From: a bacterium
GTDB lineage: Bacteria; CAIWAD01
Assembly: GCA_030429345.1 (NCBI GenBank)
Contig: JAUIFJ010000014.1
Span: 35,989 to 99,988, forward strand
DNA length: 64,000 bases
Direction of reading: 5' to 3'
Positions within the stretch are counted from its first letter, which is position 1. The number at the start of each line of letters is the position of its first letter. Made by a program: the position numbers and the translations under genes. Below are positions 44,519 through 55,044 of this stretch, piece by piece. The notes below the pieces were generated by a model. It did not search any database. It was not told where the DNA came from and saw only the letters and a program-made list of their open reading frames with translations.

Positions 44519-44532
<14 letters not shown>
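41530..44532 (+). CDS. actB: Alternative complex III subunit ActB (molybdopterin-oxidoreductase-like domain fused to a 4Fe-4S ferredoxin domain; Tat signal)
   Basis: 1000 aa with a twin-arginine motif ([21 protein letters not shown]). The C-terminal PsrB-like Cys clusters are [15 protein letters not shown] and [18 protein letters not shown]...[21 protein letters not shown]. Confidence 0.9.
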
Positions 44533-45908
<1,376 letters not shown>

Positions 45909-45916
<8 letters not shown>

Positions 45917-47090
45917 ACAATCGGCACAGGCCGTGATCGCCCTTTTCGACAGCGCGCAGGCGCTGATGGACGCGATCCCCAAGGTGCGTGCCACCTACCA
46001 CGGCCGCCTGGAAGCCTACACTCCCTATCCGGTCCACGGCATCGAGAAGGCCCTGGGCATCGGCAAGTCCTGGGTCGGCTGGATCGTGCTCGGCATGGGC
46101 CTTTTGGGCCTCTGCGCCGGATTCGGCCTGCAGACCTGGGTCTTCACGACCGAGTATCCCCTGGTCTTCGGCGGCAAGCCCGTGTTCGGCTGGCCGGCCT
46201 TCATTCCGGTGACCTTCGAGACCACGGTGCTGCTGTCGGCCTTCGGCGCCGTCTTCGGCATGCTGCTGGTGGCCAACCGCTACCCGCACCTGAGCCATCC
46301 GCTGCTGAGCACCAAGGCCATGAAGTCGATCACGCGAGATCGCTTCGCCCTGGTCTGCGAGGCGGAGAAGGATCGCGAGATCGACGAGGACGCCTGCCGC
46401 GAGGTGCTCAGCGCCGCGGGAGGACAGGACCTGGAAGTGGTCTACGAGAGCGCCGAGATCGGCACCGGCGAACTGCTTTCGCCGAAGGGCGTGACCCTGG
46501 GCCTGCTGATCTGCGTGATCGCCGGCTTCGGCATGAAGGAGATCATCATCCGTTTCCCGGCCCTGCCGCCCATGAACAACATGGACGAGGTCTTCCGCCA
46601 GGACGCGCAGGATCCTTCCGCCTTCTTCGCCGACGGCTTCGGAATGCGGCAGCCCGTCGCCGGCACGGTGGCACGCGGCTTCATGCCCGCGGTCTTCGAG
46701 ACGGCGGAGGAGGCCGACGGAGTGCTGGCCAATCCCATGCGTATGACGATGGCCTCCCTGGAACACGGCAAGGTGCTCTACGACCAGCACTGCATGGTGT
46801 GTCACGGCGCCCTGGGTACCGGCGAGAAGATGATGCCCGCCTACGGAGGCGTGCCGGCCAACCTGCATTCGCAGCGTCTGCGCGAGGTCGGGGACGGTCA
46901 CCTGTACCACGTCATCACCCACGGCAAGAATACGATGGCCGGCTACGGCAAGGACATTGCGCCTGCCGAGCGCTGGGACCTGGTCAACTACCTGCGCGCC
47001 CTGCAGCGCTCGCAGGATGCCACCGACGACGACCTGCGCCTGGCCCGGACGGTCGCGGCGAACAGCCATACGGAGAGTCATCATGACTGA
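45909..47090 (+). CDS. actDE: Fused ActD (DUF3341 membrane subunit) and ActE (monoheme cytochrome c) of alternative complex III
   Basis: ATG at 45909 overlapping the actC stop (ATGAGTAG); the track's ATG at 45894 is also possible. The N-terminal half with two TM helices matches ActD. The C-terminal half carries CMVCHG...[19 protein letters not shown] (class I cytochrome c, ActE-like). Confidence 0.75.
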
Positions 47091-48267
47091 TCGCAACGCG
47101 GCCGCGGCGCCGCCCCTGCTGCTGGGCCTGACGGGCCTGGGCCTGCTGGGCATGATCGCCACCTTCTTCGTGGACGGCGGCATGCGTTTCGCCGCCAACT
47201 GGATCATGTGGTACATGGCCGGCGTGGCCGTGCTGCTCGGCGCGCTCTTCCTGATCACCATCGAGCACCTGGTCGGCGCGCGCTGGAGCATTCCCCTGCG
47301 CCGCGTGGCCGAGCGTGTGACAAGCCTCATCGGACCGCTCTTCCTTGCCGGCGTCGTCGCCGCCGCCATCGGCATGGGCTTCTTCTACGAATGGGGCACG
47401 CCCGAGTTCATGGAAATGGCCGCCACGGACCACCACCTGCACGCCAAGTACATCTGGTTCCACCCGGCCTTCTTCTACGGCCGCCTCGTCTTCTGCTTCC
47501 TGATCTGGGGCCTGGCCTACCGGAAGTTCACCAAGGCCAGTGTCGGCCAGGACGAAAGCAAGGATGTCGCCGTCAGCCTGAAGGCCCGCCGCTTCTCGGC
47601 GCCCTTCATCATTCTCTTCGCCATTACCACCTCGATCGCCGCCTTCGATTTCCTGATGAGCGTCGAGCCGCGCTGGTATTCGACGATCTTCGGCGTCTAC
47701 TTTTTCGCTGTCGCCGTGCTGACCGGCCTGAGCGTGATCACCCTGGTGACGATCCGCCTGATCCGCATGGGCCGCCTGCCCCAGGTGCGCGACGACCATG
47801 TCTACAGCCTGGGCGGACTGCTTTTCGCCTTCACGGTCTTCTGGACCTACATCTCCTTCAGCCAGTTCATGCTCTACTGGTACGGCAACCTGCCCTTCGA
47901 GATCTTCTGGTACATCGACCGGCTGGAGGGAGGCTGGAAACCCCTGACCTACGCTCTGTCCATCGCGCGCTTCGCCGTGCCTTTCTTCGCCCTGCTCAGC
48001 CGCGAGGCGAAGACCGACCTGGGACGGCTGAGCTGGGTCGCGAAGTGGATCATTGCCACAACGATTCTGGACCTGTACTGGGTGATCTTCCCCAGCTTCG
48101 GCCGCATGAGCGGCGGCAGCGGGCTGGTCTTCAACTGGCAGGAAGTCAGCTTCGCGCTGTTCTTCATTGGTGCCGCCATGATCTGGCTGCGCCGCAGCCA
48201 GTCCATGGGAGCGGACATGCCCGTCGGTGATCCCCGCCTGAAGCGCGGCCTCGAATTCCACCTGTAG
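47083..48267 (+). CDS. actF: Alternative complex III subunit ActF (second NrfD-like membrane subunit)
   Basis: ATG at 47083 overlapping the actDE stop (ATGACTGA). About 10 TM helices and a paralogue of ActC. Confidence 0.85.
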   Translation: MTDRNAAAAPPLLLGLTGLGLLGMIATFFVDGGMRFAANWIMWYMAGVAVLLGALFLITIEHLVGARWSIPLRRVAERVTSLIGPLFLAGVVAAAIGMGFFYEWGTPEFMEMAATDHHLHAKYIWFHPAFFYGRLVFCFLIWGLAYRKFTKASVGQDESKDVAVSLKARRFSAPFIILFAITTSIAAFDFLMSVEPRWYSTIFGVYFFAVAVLTGLSVITLVTIRLIRMGRLPQVRDDHVYSLGGLLFAFTVFWTYISFSQFMLYWYGNLPFEIFWYIDRLEGGWKPLTYALSIARFAVPFFALLSREAKTDLGRLSWVAKWIIATTILDLYWVIFPSFGRMSGGSGLVFNWQEVSFALFFIGAAMIWLRRSQSMGADMPVGDPRLKRGLEFHL

Positions 48268-48278
48268 GAAAGAGAACC

Positions 48279-49205
48279 ATGAAGCCAGAGACTACCGACC
48301 GCGGCAGCATTTTCAGCCACCTCTTCTGGGGCGTGGTCTTTTTCGCGATCTGCGGCGTGCTGTTCACCATGCTCGTCCTGCCCGGATTCGTCCACTACAA
48401 GGCGGGCAAGGGCAGCGCGGCCTTCGACATGGCCCAGGACGGGAGTGGCCACCACCAGACCCTGGTGGAGAAGTATCGCCGCGTAGACGCCGCGGAAATC
48501 GAGCCGGTGGAGGGCATCACCAAGCCCGGCCTCGACCTGCAGGCCGCCCTGGAAGGCAGCGCCGAGCAGCTCGCCGCCGGCCAGGCGCTCTTCGTCGCCC
48601 AGTGCGCTGCATGTCACGGCAACACGGGCAAGGGCGACGGGCCCGCCGGCGCGGCCCTGGGCGCGCGGGACATGACCATCGAAGAGGGCTGGGTAAACGG
48701 CAACCGTGTCACGGACATTGTCCGCACGCTCTCGAAGGGCCTGCCGCCCAAGATGCCGACCTTCGAGCACCTGCCGGCCGCCGACCGTTTCGCGCTGGCG
48801 CACTACGTGATCAGCCTGGGCGACTTCAGCCATTCGACGCCCCCGGCAAGCGAGATCCAGGCCCTGGACGAGGAATTCGCCTTCAGCCAGGACCAGTTCG
48901 AGCCCAACCGGGTGGCGGTGAGCGTCGCCATGAGCCAGCTCGACAAGGAGAACCGCGGCCTGCACAGCCTGCGCTACTCGGACCTGAGCAAGGAGCAGGC
49001 CCGCCTGCTGCTCTCCGTGGTCAGCGAGCCTGCCCGCGTATACCAGGCCCTGAAGAGCCTGGAGGGCTGGCGCAAGGACCGCGAACTCTTCAACCGCAGC
49101 CTGCTGGCCGGCTATCCGCTCAACGGCTTCCACGAAGGCCTGATGGCTCTCGATGGAGGTCAGTGGCGGGATCTGCACGGCGCCCTGCAGCTGGCGGTGG
49201 ACTAG
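48279..49205 (+). CDS. Membrane-anchored monoheme c-type cytochrome (class I) with a C-terminal extension
   Basis: N-terminal TM helix, then CAACHGNTGKG with the distal Met region (PKMPTF). The ~130-aa C-terminal tail has no known domain. It may be the electron carrier between ACIII and caa3 oxidase, or an extra ACIII subunit. Confidence 0.65.
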   Translation: MKPETTDRGSIFSHLFWGVVFFAICGVLFTMLVLPGFVHYKAGKGSAAFDMAQDGSGHHQTLVEKYRRVDAAEIEPVEGITKPGLDLQAALEGSAEQLAAGQALFVAQCAACHGNTGKGDGPAGAALGARDMTIEEGWVNGNRVTDIVRTLSKGLPPKMPTFEHLPAADRFALAHYVISLGDFSHSTPPASEIQALDEEFAFSQDQFEPNRVAVSVAMSQLDKENRGLHSLRYSDLSKEQARLLLSVVSEPARVYQALKSLEGWRKDRELFNRSLLAGYPLNGFHEGLMALDGGQWRDLHGALQLAVD

Positions 49206-49214
49206 GATTCGATC

Positions 49215-50003
49215 ATGCCGCGATTCGCCAGCGTACTCCTGCTTCTTCTTGCCGTGATCCACGCCTCGCTGGCGCAGGTCAACACGGATGAGGTGGGCAT
49301 TGACGAGAAGCTGGGCGACTTCCTGCCCGCGGACCTGGTCTTCCTCGACGAAGAGGGGGACAGCCTGCGGCTGGGCGAGATCACCGATCGACCGATCCTG
49401 CTGACGCTGGTGTACTACACCTGTCCCGGCATCTGCACTCCCCTGCTCAACGAGGTGGCGCAGGTTATCGGGCGTACGCGGGCCGAGCCGGGCAAGGACT
49501 ACACCCTGGTGTCGGTCAGCATCGACCCGCTGGACACGCCGGAGCTGGCGAAGAAGAAGCAGGCCAACTACCTGGGCCTGATCGAGCGCGAGGACTTCGG
49601 TGCCGAGCATTGGCGCTTCCTGGTCGGGGATTCCACCAGCATCGCCGGCATTACCGAAGCGGTCGGGTTCAAGTACAAGAAGGACGGCGGGGAATACCTG
49701 CATTCGGGAGCGGTGATCGCCATCAGCCCCGACGGCATGATTTCGCGCTACCTCTACGGAACGGATTTCCTGCCCTTCGATTTCCGCATGGCGGTGGTCG
49801 AGGCGGCCAAGGGCAAGATCCAGCCGACGGTGACGCGGCTGTTGGCCTACTGTTTCAGCTACGACCCGGAGAGCCGGACCTATGTCTTCGCGCTCTTCAA
49901 GGTCTTCGGCACCCTGATGCTGGCCTTTATCGCGGGCCTGGCGCTGGTGCTGGTTTTCGCCGGGAAACGGCGCACACGGACACAAAAGGGGCAGGCGGCC
50001 TGA
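49215..50003 (+). CDS. SCO1/SenC family copper chaperone (thioredoxin fold) for CuA assembly
   Basis: Signal/TM segment, CPGIC (CxxxC) copper-binding motif and a distal His region. A C-terminal TM helix precedes the stop. Confidence 0.8.
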   Translation: MPRFASVLLLLLAVIHASLAQVNTDEVGIDEKLGDFLPADLVFLDEEGDSLRLGEITDRPILLTLVYYTCPGICTPLLNEVAQVIGRTRAEPGKDYTLVSVSIDPLDTPELAKKKQANYLGLIEREDFGAEHWRFLVGDSTSIAGITEAVGFKYKKDGGEYLHSGAVIAISPDGMISRYLYGTDFLPFDFRMAVVEAAKGKIQPTVTRLLAYCFSYDPESRTYVFALFKVFGTLMLAFIAGLALVLVFAGKRRTRTQKGQAA

Positions 50004-50016
50004 TCCACGGCACGGC

Positions 50017-51732
50017 TTGTCAATGGATACAATCCGAGGACTCGGGGCCATCCGCGCGGATGGAGCGGCCGAAGTCCACAACCTGGAGCTTCCCATGGCC
50101 TATGCTGGTGTAGCGCCGGAGCGTACGACCTTCTACGAGCAGGGAACCACGGACAAGCCCACCGGGCTGAAGTCCTGGCTGCTGTCGACGGATCACAAAC
50201 GCATCGGCATCATGTACCTGACGGCGATGATGTTCTTCTTCGCCATCGCGGTCTCCCTGGGCTTGCTGATCCGCCTGGAGCTGCTGACCTCCGGTCCCAC
50301 CCTGCCCTTTGTCAACCAGAGGATCTACAACTCCTTCTTCACGCTGCATGGCGTGATCATGATCTTCCTCTTCGTGGTGCCGGGGCTGCCCAGCGTCTTC
50401 GGGAACTTCTTCCTGCCCCTGCAGCTGGGTGCGGAAGACGTCAGTTTCCCGCGGCTGAACCTCTTCAGTTTCTACCTGTACATGACGGGCGCGGTGCTGG
50501 CCCTGGTCAGCATCGTGATGCCCGGCGGCAGCCCGGACACGGGCTGGACCTTCTACGTCCCCTACAGCTATGAAACGGGACCGGCGGCGATCATGGCCGG
50601 CCTTGCGGCTTTCGTGCTCGGCTTCAGCTCGATTCTGACCGGGCTCAACTTCGTGACCACGATCCACCGCATGCGGGCGAAAGGCATGGGCTTCTTCAAA
50701 ATGCCCCTCTTCACCTGGTCGCTCTACGCGACGGCCTGGATCCAGGTGCTGGCCACCCCGGTGATCGGTATCACGCTGATGCTGGTCCTCGCCGAGCGTT
50801 TCCTGCAGGTCGGCGTCTTCAACCCGGCGCTGGGCGGCGACCCCGTGCTCTACCAGCACCTCTTCTGGATGTACTCGCACCCCGCCGTCTACGTGATGGT
50901 GCTGCCTGCCATGGGCGTGGTCAGCGACATGCTGGCCACCTTCTGCCATCGGACGATCTTCGGCTACAAGGCCATTGCCCTTTCGAGCATGTCGATCGCA
51001 GTCGTGGGCTACCTGGTCTGGGGGCATCACATGTTCACCACCGGGATCAGCCCCACCTCGGCGAAGATCTTCAGCCTGCTGACCTTCTTCGTCGCCGTGC
51101 CGACGGGCATGAAGATCTTCAACTGGGTCGCGACCATGTACAAGGCCTCGATCGAGCTGAAGACGCCCATGCTGTATACGCTGGCCTTCATCTTCCAGTT
51201 CAGCATCGGCGGCCTGACCGGCCTGCCGCTGGCGGCGCTCTCCACGGACATCCAGCTGCACGACACCTACTTCGTGCTCGGCCACTTCCACTACGTGGCC
51301 TTCGGCGGCATCGTCTTCGCCTTCTTCGGCGGGCTGTACTACTGGTACCCCAAGATGTTCGGCCGCATGTACGACGAGCGCCAGGGCGTGATCGGCTTTC
51401 TGCTGCAGTTCATCGGCTTCAACCTGCTCTACTTCCCCATGTTCATGCTGGGACTGAAGGGCATGCCGCGCCGCTACTACGACTATCTGCCCGAGTACGA
51501 ATCGCTGCACGCGCTGTCGACCTACGGCAGCTGGATCCTGGCCGCCGGCCTGCTGCTGATGGCCTGGAACTTCCTGCGCAGCCTGGGCAAGGGCGAAGAG
51601 GCTCCGGACAATCCCTGGGAAGGCACGACCCTGGAATGGGACACGACCTCCCCGCCGCCGCTGCTGAACTTCGACAAGGAGATCGTCGTCACGCGCGGCC
51701 CCTATGACTATCCCGAGGAGGAGACCCGATGA
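50017..51732 (+). CDS. ctaD: Cytochrome c oxidase subunit I (caa3-type)
   Basis: 12 TM helices. WLLSTDHKRIG, the heme-copper motifs (HPAVYVMVLP region; GHFHYV; HDTYFV) are present. The alternative ATG at 50095 gives a more typical 545-aa product. Confidence 0.9.
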   Translation: MSMDTIRGLGAIRADGAAEVHNLELPMAYAGVAPERTTFYEQGTTDKPTGLKSWLLSTDHKRIGIMYLTAMMFFFAIAVSLGLLIRLELLTSGPTLPFVNQRIYNSFFTLHGVIMIFLFVVPGLPSVFGNFFLPLQLGAEDVSFPRLNLFSFYLYMTGAVLALVSIVMPGGSPDTGWTFYVPYSYETGPAAIMAGLAAFVLGFSSILTGLNFVTTIHRMRAKGMGFFKMPLFTWSLYATAWIQVLATPVIGITLMLVLAERFLQVGVFNPALGGDPVLYQHLFWMYSHPAVYVMVLPAMGVVSDMLATFCHRTIFGYKAIALSSMSIAVVGYLVWGHHMFTTGISPTSAKIFSLLTFFVAVPTGMKIFNWVATMYKASIELKTPMLYTLAFIFQFSIGGLTGLPLAALSTDIQLHDTYFVLGHFHYVAFGGIVFAFFGGLYYWYPKMFGRMYDERQGVIGFLLQFIGFNLLYFPMFMLGLKGMPRRYYDYLPEYESLHALSTYGSWILAAGLLLMAWNFLRSLGKGEEAPDNPWEGTTLEWDTTSPPPLLNFDKEIVVTRGPYDYPEEETR

Positions 51733-52352
51733 GCGCACACGGCGAAGCGGCCCACGCCGTCCACAAGGACTACGAGGGCGCCAAGATCGGCATGTGGCTC
51801 TTCCTCTTCACGGAAGTGCTGCTCTTCGGCGGACTCTTCGTGCTCTACGCCGCCTATCGCAGCGTATACGCCGCCGAGTTCCATCACGCGGCGGGGTCGC
51901 TGAACGTCTTCCTGGGCGTTTTCAACACGGTGATCCTGCTGACCAGCAGCCTGACCATGGTGCTGTCCGTCTCCGCCATGCAGAAGGGCGACGTGCGCAG
52001 CTCGATCAACGCCCTCTTCTGGACCTTCGTCTGCGCGCTGGGCTTCCTGGTCAACAAGTACTTCGAGTGGTCCTACAAGATCCACCACGGCATCTATCCC
52101 GGATCCGAGGAGATGGCGGCGCACCACGACAAGGGCGAGGTGCTGTTCTACGGGCTGTACTACATGATGACCGGCCTGCACGGCTTCCACGTGATCGTGG
52201 GCATGATCTGCATGGGCTTCATCTACTATCACATCCGCAAGGGCTGGATCACCCCGGATGACTACGTCAAGCTGGAGAATGTCGGCCTCTACTGGCACCT
52301 GGTGGACCTGATCTGGATCTTCCTGCTGCCGCTGTTCTACCTGGCCGCATAG
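51729..52352 (+). CDS. ctaE: Cytochrome c oxidase subunit III
   Basis: 207 aa (MSAHGEAAHAVHKDYEGAKIGMWLFLFTEVLLFGGLF...) with typical subunit III helices. ATGA overlap with ctaD. Confidence 0.85.
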   Translation: MSAHGEAAHAVHKDYEGAKIGMWLFLFTEVLLFGGLFVLYAAYRSVYAAEFHHAAGSLNVFLGVFNTVILLTSSLTMVLSVSAMQKGDVRSSINALFWTFVCALGFLVNKYFEWSYKIHHGIYPGSEEMAAHHDKGEVLFYGLYYMMTGLHGFHVIVGMICMGFIYYHIRKGWITPDDYVKLENVGLYWHLVDLIWIFLLPLFYLAA

Positions 52353-52357
52353 GAGGG

Positions 52358-52657
52358 ATGATGTCACACGACAACTCGCACGCCCACCACGAGCCGATCC
52401 CGTATCACGTCTTCGTGATCGTCTGGATCGCCCTGCTGGTCCTGACCGGCATCACCGTGGGCGCCTCGATCTTCTTTCCCGGCGTGATCGGGATTACGGT
52501 GGCGGGCATCGTCACGCCCCTGAAGGCCTTCCTGGTCATGTACTGGTTCATGCACCTGAAGTACGAGGGCCCGGCAATGAAGATCATGGTCGCGTCGGCC
52601 ATGATCATCCTTTTGATCCTGTTGGCCGGCCTGCTCGGCGACATCCTCTTCAGATAG
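52358..52657 (+). CDS. ctaF: Cytochrome c oxidase subunit IV (prokaryotic caa3-type small subunit)
   Basis: 99 aa, three TM helices, HHEPIPYHVFVIVWIALLVLTG...FMHLKYEG matches the COX4_pro family. Confidence 0.65.
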   Translation: MMSHDNSHAHHEPIPYHVFVIVWIALLVLTGITVGASIFFPGVIGITVAGIVTPLKAFLVMYWFMHLKYEGPAMKIMVASAMIILLILLAGLLGDILFR

Positions 52658-52663
52658 GAGCGC

Positions 52664-53569
52664 GTGATGTTTTCCGGAGTATCCACCTTCGCGCCTGAAA
52701 TCGATTCGGCCATGGCCTTCATCCTGTGGTGGTCGGCGATCCTGATGATCGGGATCACGGCCTTCATGGTCTACTGCATGGTTCGCTACAGCCGCAAGAA
52801 CAACCCGAAGCCGACACACATCCATGGCAGTGTCGCCCTCGAGACCATCTGGACGGTCCTGCCGACGATCCTCGTGCTGATCATGTTCTACAAGGCCTTC
52901 GGCACCTTCGAGCTGATGACCACCCGGCCGGACGACGCCATGAAGGTCAAGGTCACGGGCCTCAAGTGGCGCTGGGTCTTCGAGTACGAGAACGGCAAAA
53001 AGGCCGACGAGCTCGTCGTTCCCGTCAACCAGGCCGTCGAGCTGGAGCTGCATTCGCCGGACGTGCTGCACAGTTTCTACGTGCCGGCCTTCCGCATCAA
53101 GAAGGACGTGGTGCCGGGCAAGGACAACTGGACCTGGTTCGAGGCCTCCGAAAAGGGCAATTACAATGTGTTCTGCGCCGAGTATTGCGGCAACGACCAC
53201 AGCTACATGCTGAGCACCGTGCGTGTCGTCGATTCCGGCGAGTACAGCACCTGGCTCAACACCAAGTCCGAAGTGCTCAGCGGACCGGATCTGCTGGCGG
53301 CGAAGGGCTGCATCGCCTGCCACTCCCTCGACGGCAGCTCGCTGGTCGGCCCGACTTTTCAGGGAATATTTGGTAAGATGGAAACCGTTGTTACGGACGG
53401 AGAAGAGCGGCAGCAGCGGGTCGACGAAGACTATCTGCGAAAATCAATTCTCGAGCCGGCGGTGGACCTTGTCAAGGGATATGCCAACCAGATGCCGAGT
53501 CAGGCCGGACTGCTCACGGACGAGGAACTGGACGCCATCATCGAGACCATCAAGGAGCTGAAGGAATGA
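52664..53569 (+). CDS. ctaC: Cytochrome c oxidase subunit II with a fused C-terminal cytochrome c domain (caa3-type)
   Basis: Two TM helices. CuA centre HSFYVPAF...CAEYCGNDHSYM. C-terminal cytochrome c domain CIACHSLDGSSLVGPTFQGIFG...NQMPSQ. Confidence 0.85.
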   Translation: MMFSGVSTFAPEIDSAMAFILWWSAILMIGITAFMVYCMVRYSRKNNPKPTHIHGSVALETIWTVLPTILVLIMFYKAFGTFELMTTRPDDAMKVKVTGLKWRWVFEYENGKKADELVVPVNQAVELELHSPDVLHSFYVPAFRIKKDVVPGKDNWTWFEASEKGNYNVFCAEYCGNDHSYMLSTVRVVDSGEYSTWLNTKSEVLSGPDLLAAKGCIACHSLDGSSLVGPTFQGIFGKMETVVTDGEERQQRVDEDYLRKSILEPAVDLVKGYANQMPSQAGLLTDEELDAIIETIKELKE

Positions 53570-53997
53570 ACTGGACAACGGCGGCATTATGTGCCAGCCT
53601 GTCCGTGGGCCTGATCGCCTGCGGCGGCGGCGAGAAGAAAGCGGAAACCCAGAGCAGCACGGCAGCCAAGAAGGAAGCCGCGCCGAGCGTGGATGTTGCC
53701 GCGGCCAAGAAGCTCATGCAGGACAAGCTCTGCCTGACCTGCCACAGTCTGGACGGCAGCACCGAGATCAACGGCGCTCCGGCCCTGGGCCCCACCCTGA
53801 AGGGGATCTACGGCACCCAGACCACCGTGGTGGTCAATGGCGCGGAAGTCACCCACAAGGTGGACGACAACTACCTGCGCAAGTCGATCAACGAGCCGAT
53901 GGCCGAGATCAAGAAGGGCTACAACCCGGTCATGGCCCCGCTGCCGATGACGCCGGCGGAAGTCGACCTGGTGATCGCCTACATCAAGACCCTCTAG
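53566..53997 (+). CDS. Monoheme c-type cytochrome lipoprotein (class I), copy 1
   Basis: Lipoprotein signal (MNWTTAALCASLSVGLIACGGG), then KKLMQDKLCLTCHSLDGS...KGYNPVMAPLPMTPAEVDLVIAYIKTL. It is about 70% identical to the product of 57117..57512. Confidence 0.75.
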   Translation: MNWTTAALCASLSVGLIACGGGEKKAETQSSTAAKKEAAPSVDVAAAKKLMQDKLCLTCHSLDGSTEINGAPALGPTLKGIYGTQTTVVVNGAEVTHKVDDNYLRKSINEPMAEIKKGYNPVMAPLPMTPAEVDLVIAYIKTL

Positions 53998-54001
53998 AAC
54001 C

Positions 54002-54898
54002 TTGCCTTCCACCTTCAGCATTCTGCTGGAGCTGGTCAAGATTCGCGTGACGGCCGCAGTCGGATTGACTGCGGCCTTCGGTTTTTTGGCGGCTCGCCCC
54101 CAGGCGGACTGGACCGTGCTTGCCGTTCTCTTCGGGCTCTTCTTCCAGGCCTGCGGCAGCGCGGCGCTCAACCATTGGCAGGAACGCGGAAGCGACGCGC
54201 TCATGGAGCGCACCCGCCAGCGTCCGCTGCCGGCAGGGAGGGTCAGCGGGAGCGCGGTGCTGGCCAGTGCGATCCTGCTGCTTCTGCTGGGCAGCCTGCT
54301 GCTGTGGCTCTACGCTTCGGCCCTGGCTTGCGCCATCGGGCTTTCCTGTTTCGTCTGGTACAACCTGGTCTACACTCCCCTGAAGAGCCGCAGCCACCTG
54401 GCGGTCGTGCCGGGGAGCATCAGCGGCGCCCTGCCCCCGATGGTCGGCTGGGCCGCGGCGGAAGGCAGCTGGCAGGATCCGCTGATCTGGTTCATCGTGC
54501 TCTTCCTCTTCATCTGGCAGTTTCCCCATTTCTGGATCGTCCTGCTGCTGCGGGGCCAGGAGTACGAGGCGGCGGGCCTGAAGACCCTGGCCGGCCGCCT
54601 GAGCCGCGATCAGCTGATGCGCCTGAGCCGCAACTGGGTGCTGCTCCTGGCCCTGGCCGGTCTCTGCTTCGCCGCTCCGCGCTTCGACTTTTCGCCCCTT
54701 CTGCTGGTCCTGCTCAGCCTGGTCACCCTGGTGCTGCTGGCGCGCTCGCGCTCGCTGATGCACCGTTCGCGGCAGGAGGAACAGGTGCGGCGGCTCTTCC
54801 TCTGGGTCAACGCCTACACCCTGAGCGTCCTGCTGCTGATCGTCGTCTCGCGCTGGCAGCAGGCCCGGGAAGGGCTGCGGGGGCTGCAGTACTTCTAG
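54002..54898 (+). CDS. ctaB: Protoheme IX farnesyltransferase (heme O synthase, UbiA family)
   Basis: 298 aa and about 8 TM helices. UbiA-family Asp-rich and NHWQERGSDALMERTRQRPLPAG motifs. Confidence 0.8.
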   Translation: MPSTFSILLELVKIRVTAAVGLTAAFGFLAARPQADWTVLAVLFGLFFQACGSAALNHWQERGSDALMERTRQRPLPAGRVSGSAVLASAILLLLLGSLLLWLYASALACAIGLSCFVWYNLVYTPLKSRSHLAVVPGSISGALPPMVGWAAAEGSWQDPLIWFIVLFLFIWQFPHFWIVLLLRGQEYEAAGLKTLAGRLSRDQLMRLSRNWVLLLALAGLCFAAPRFDFSPLLLVLLSLVTLVLLARSRSLMHRSRQEEQVRRLFLWVNAYTLSVLLLIVVSRWQQAREGLRGLQYF

Positions 54899-55044
54899 GG
54901 CGGATATGCCTGGCGGATGCCTTCCAGCTTGCGTCTAGCTTTGCTTTGTTGTACCCTTCCAGATGAGTGCTCCGCATAACGCATTCCATGTTCTCCAAAC
55001 CAGAGTGCCCCGTTCCTGCACCAAGAACTTCAGGTCCCCATTCC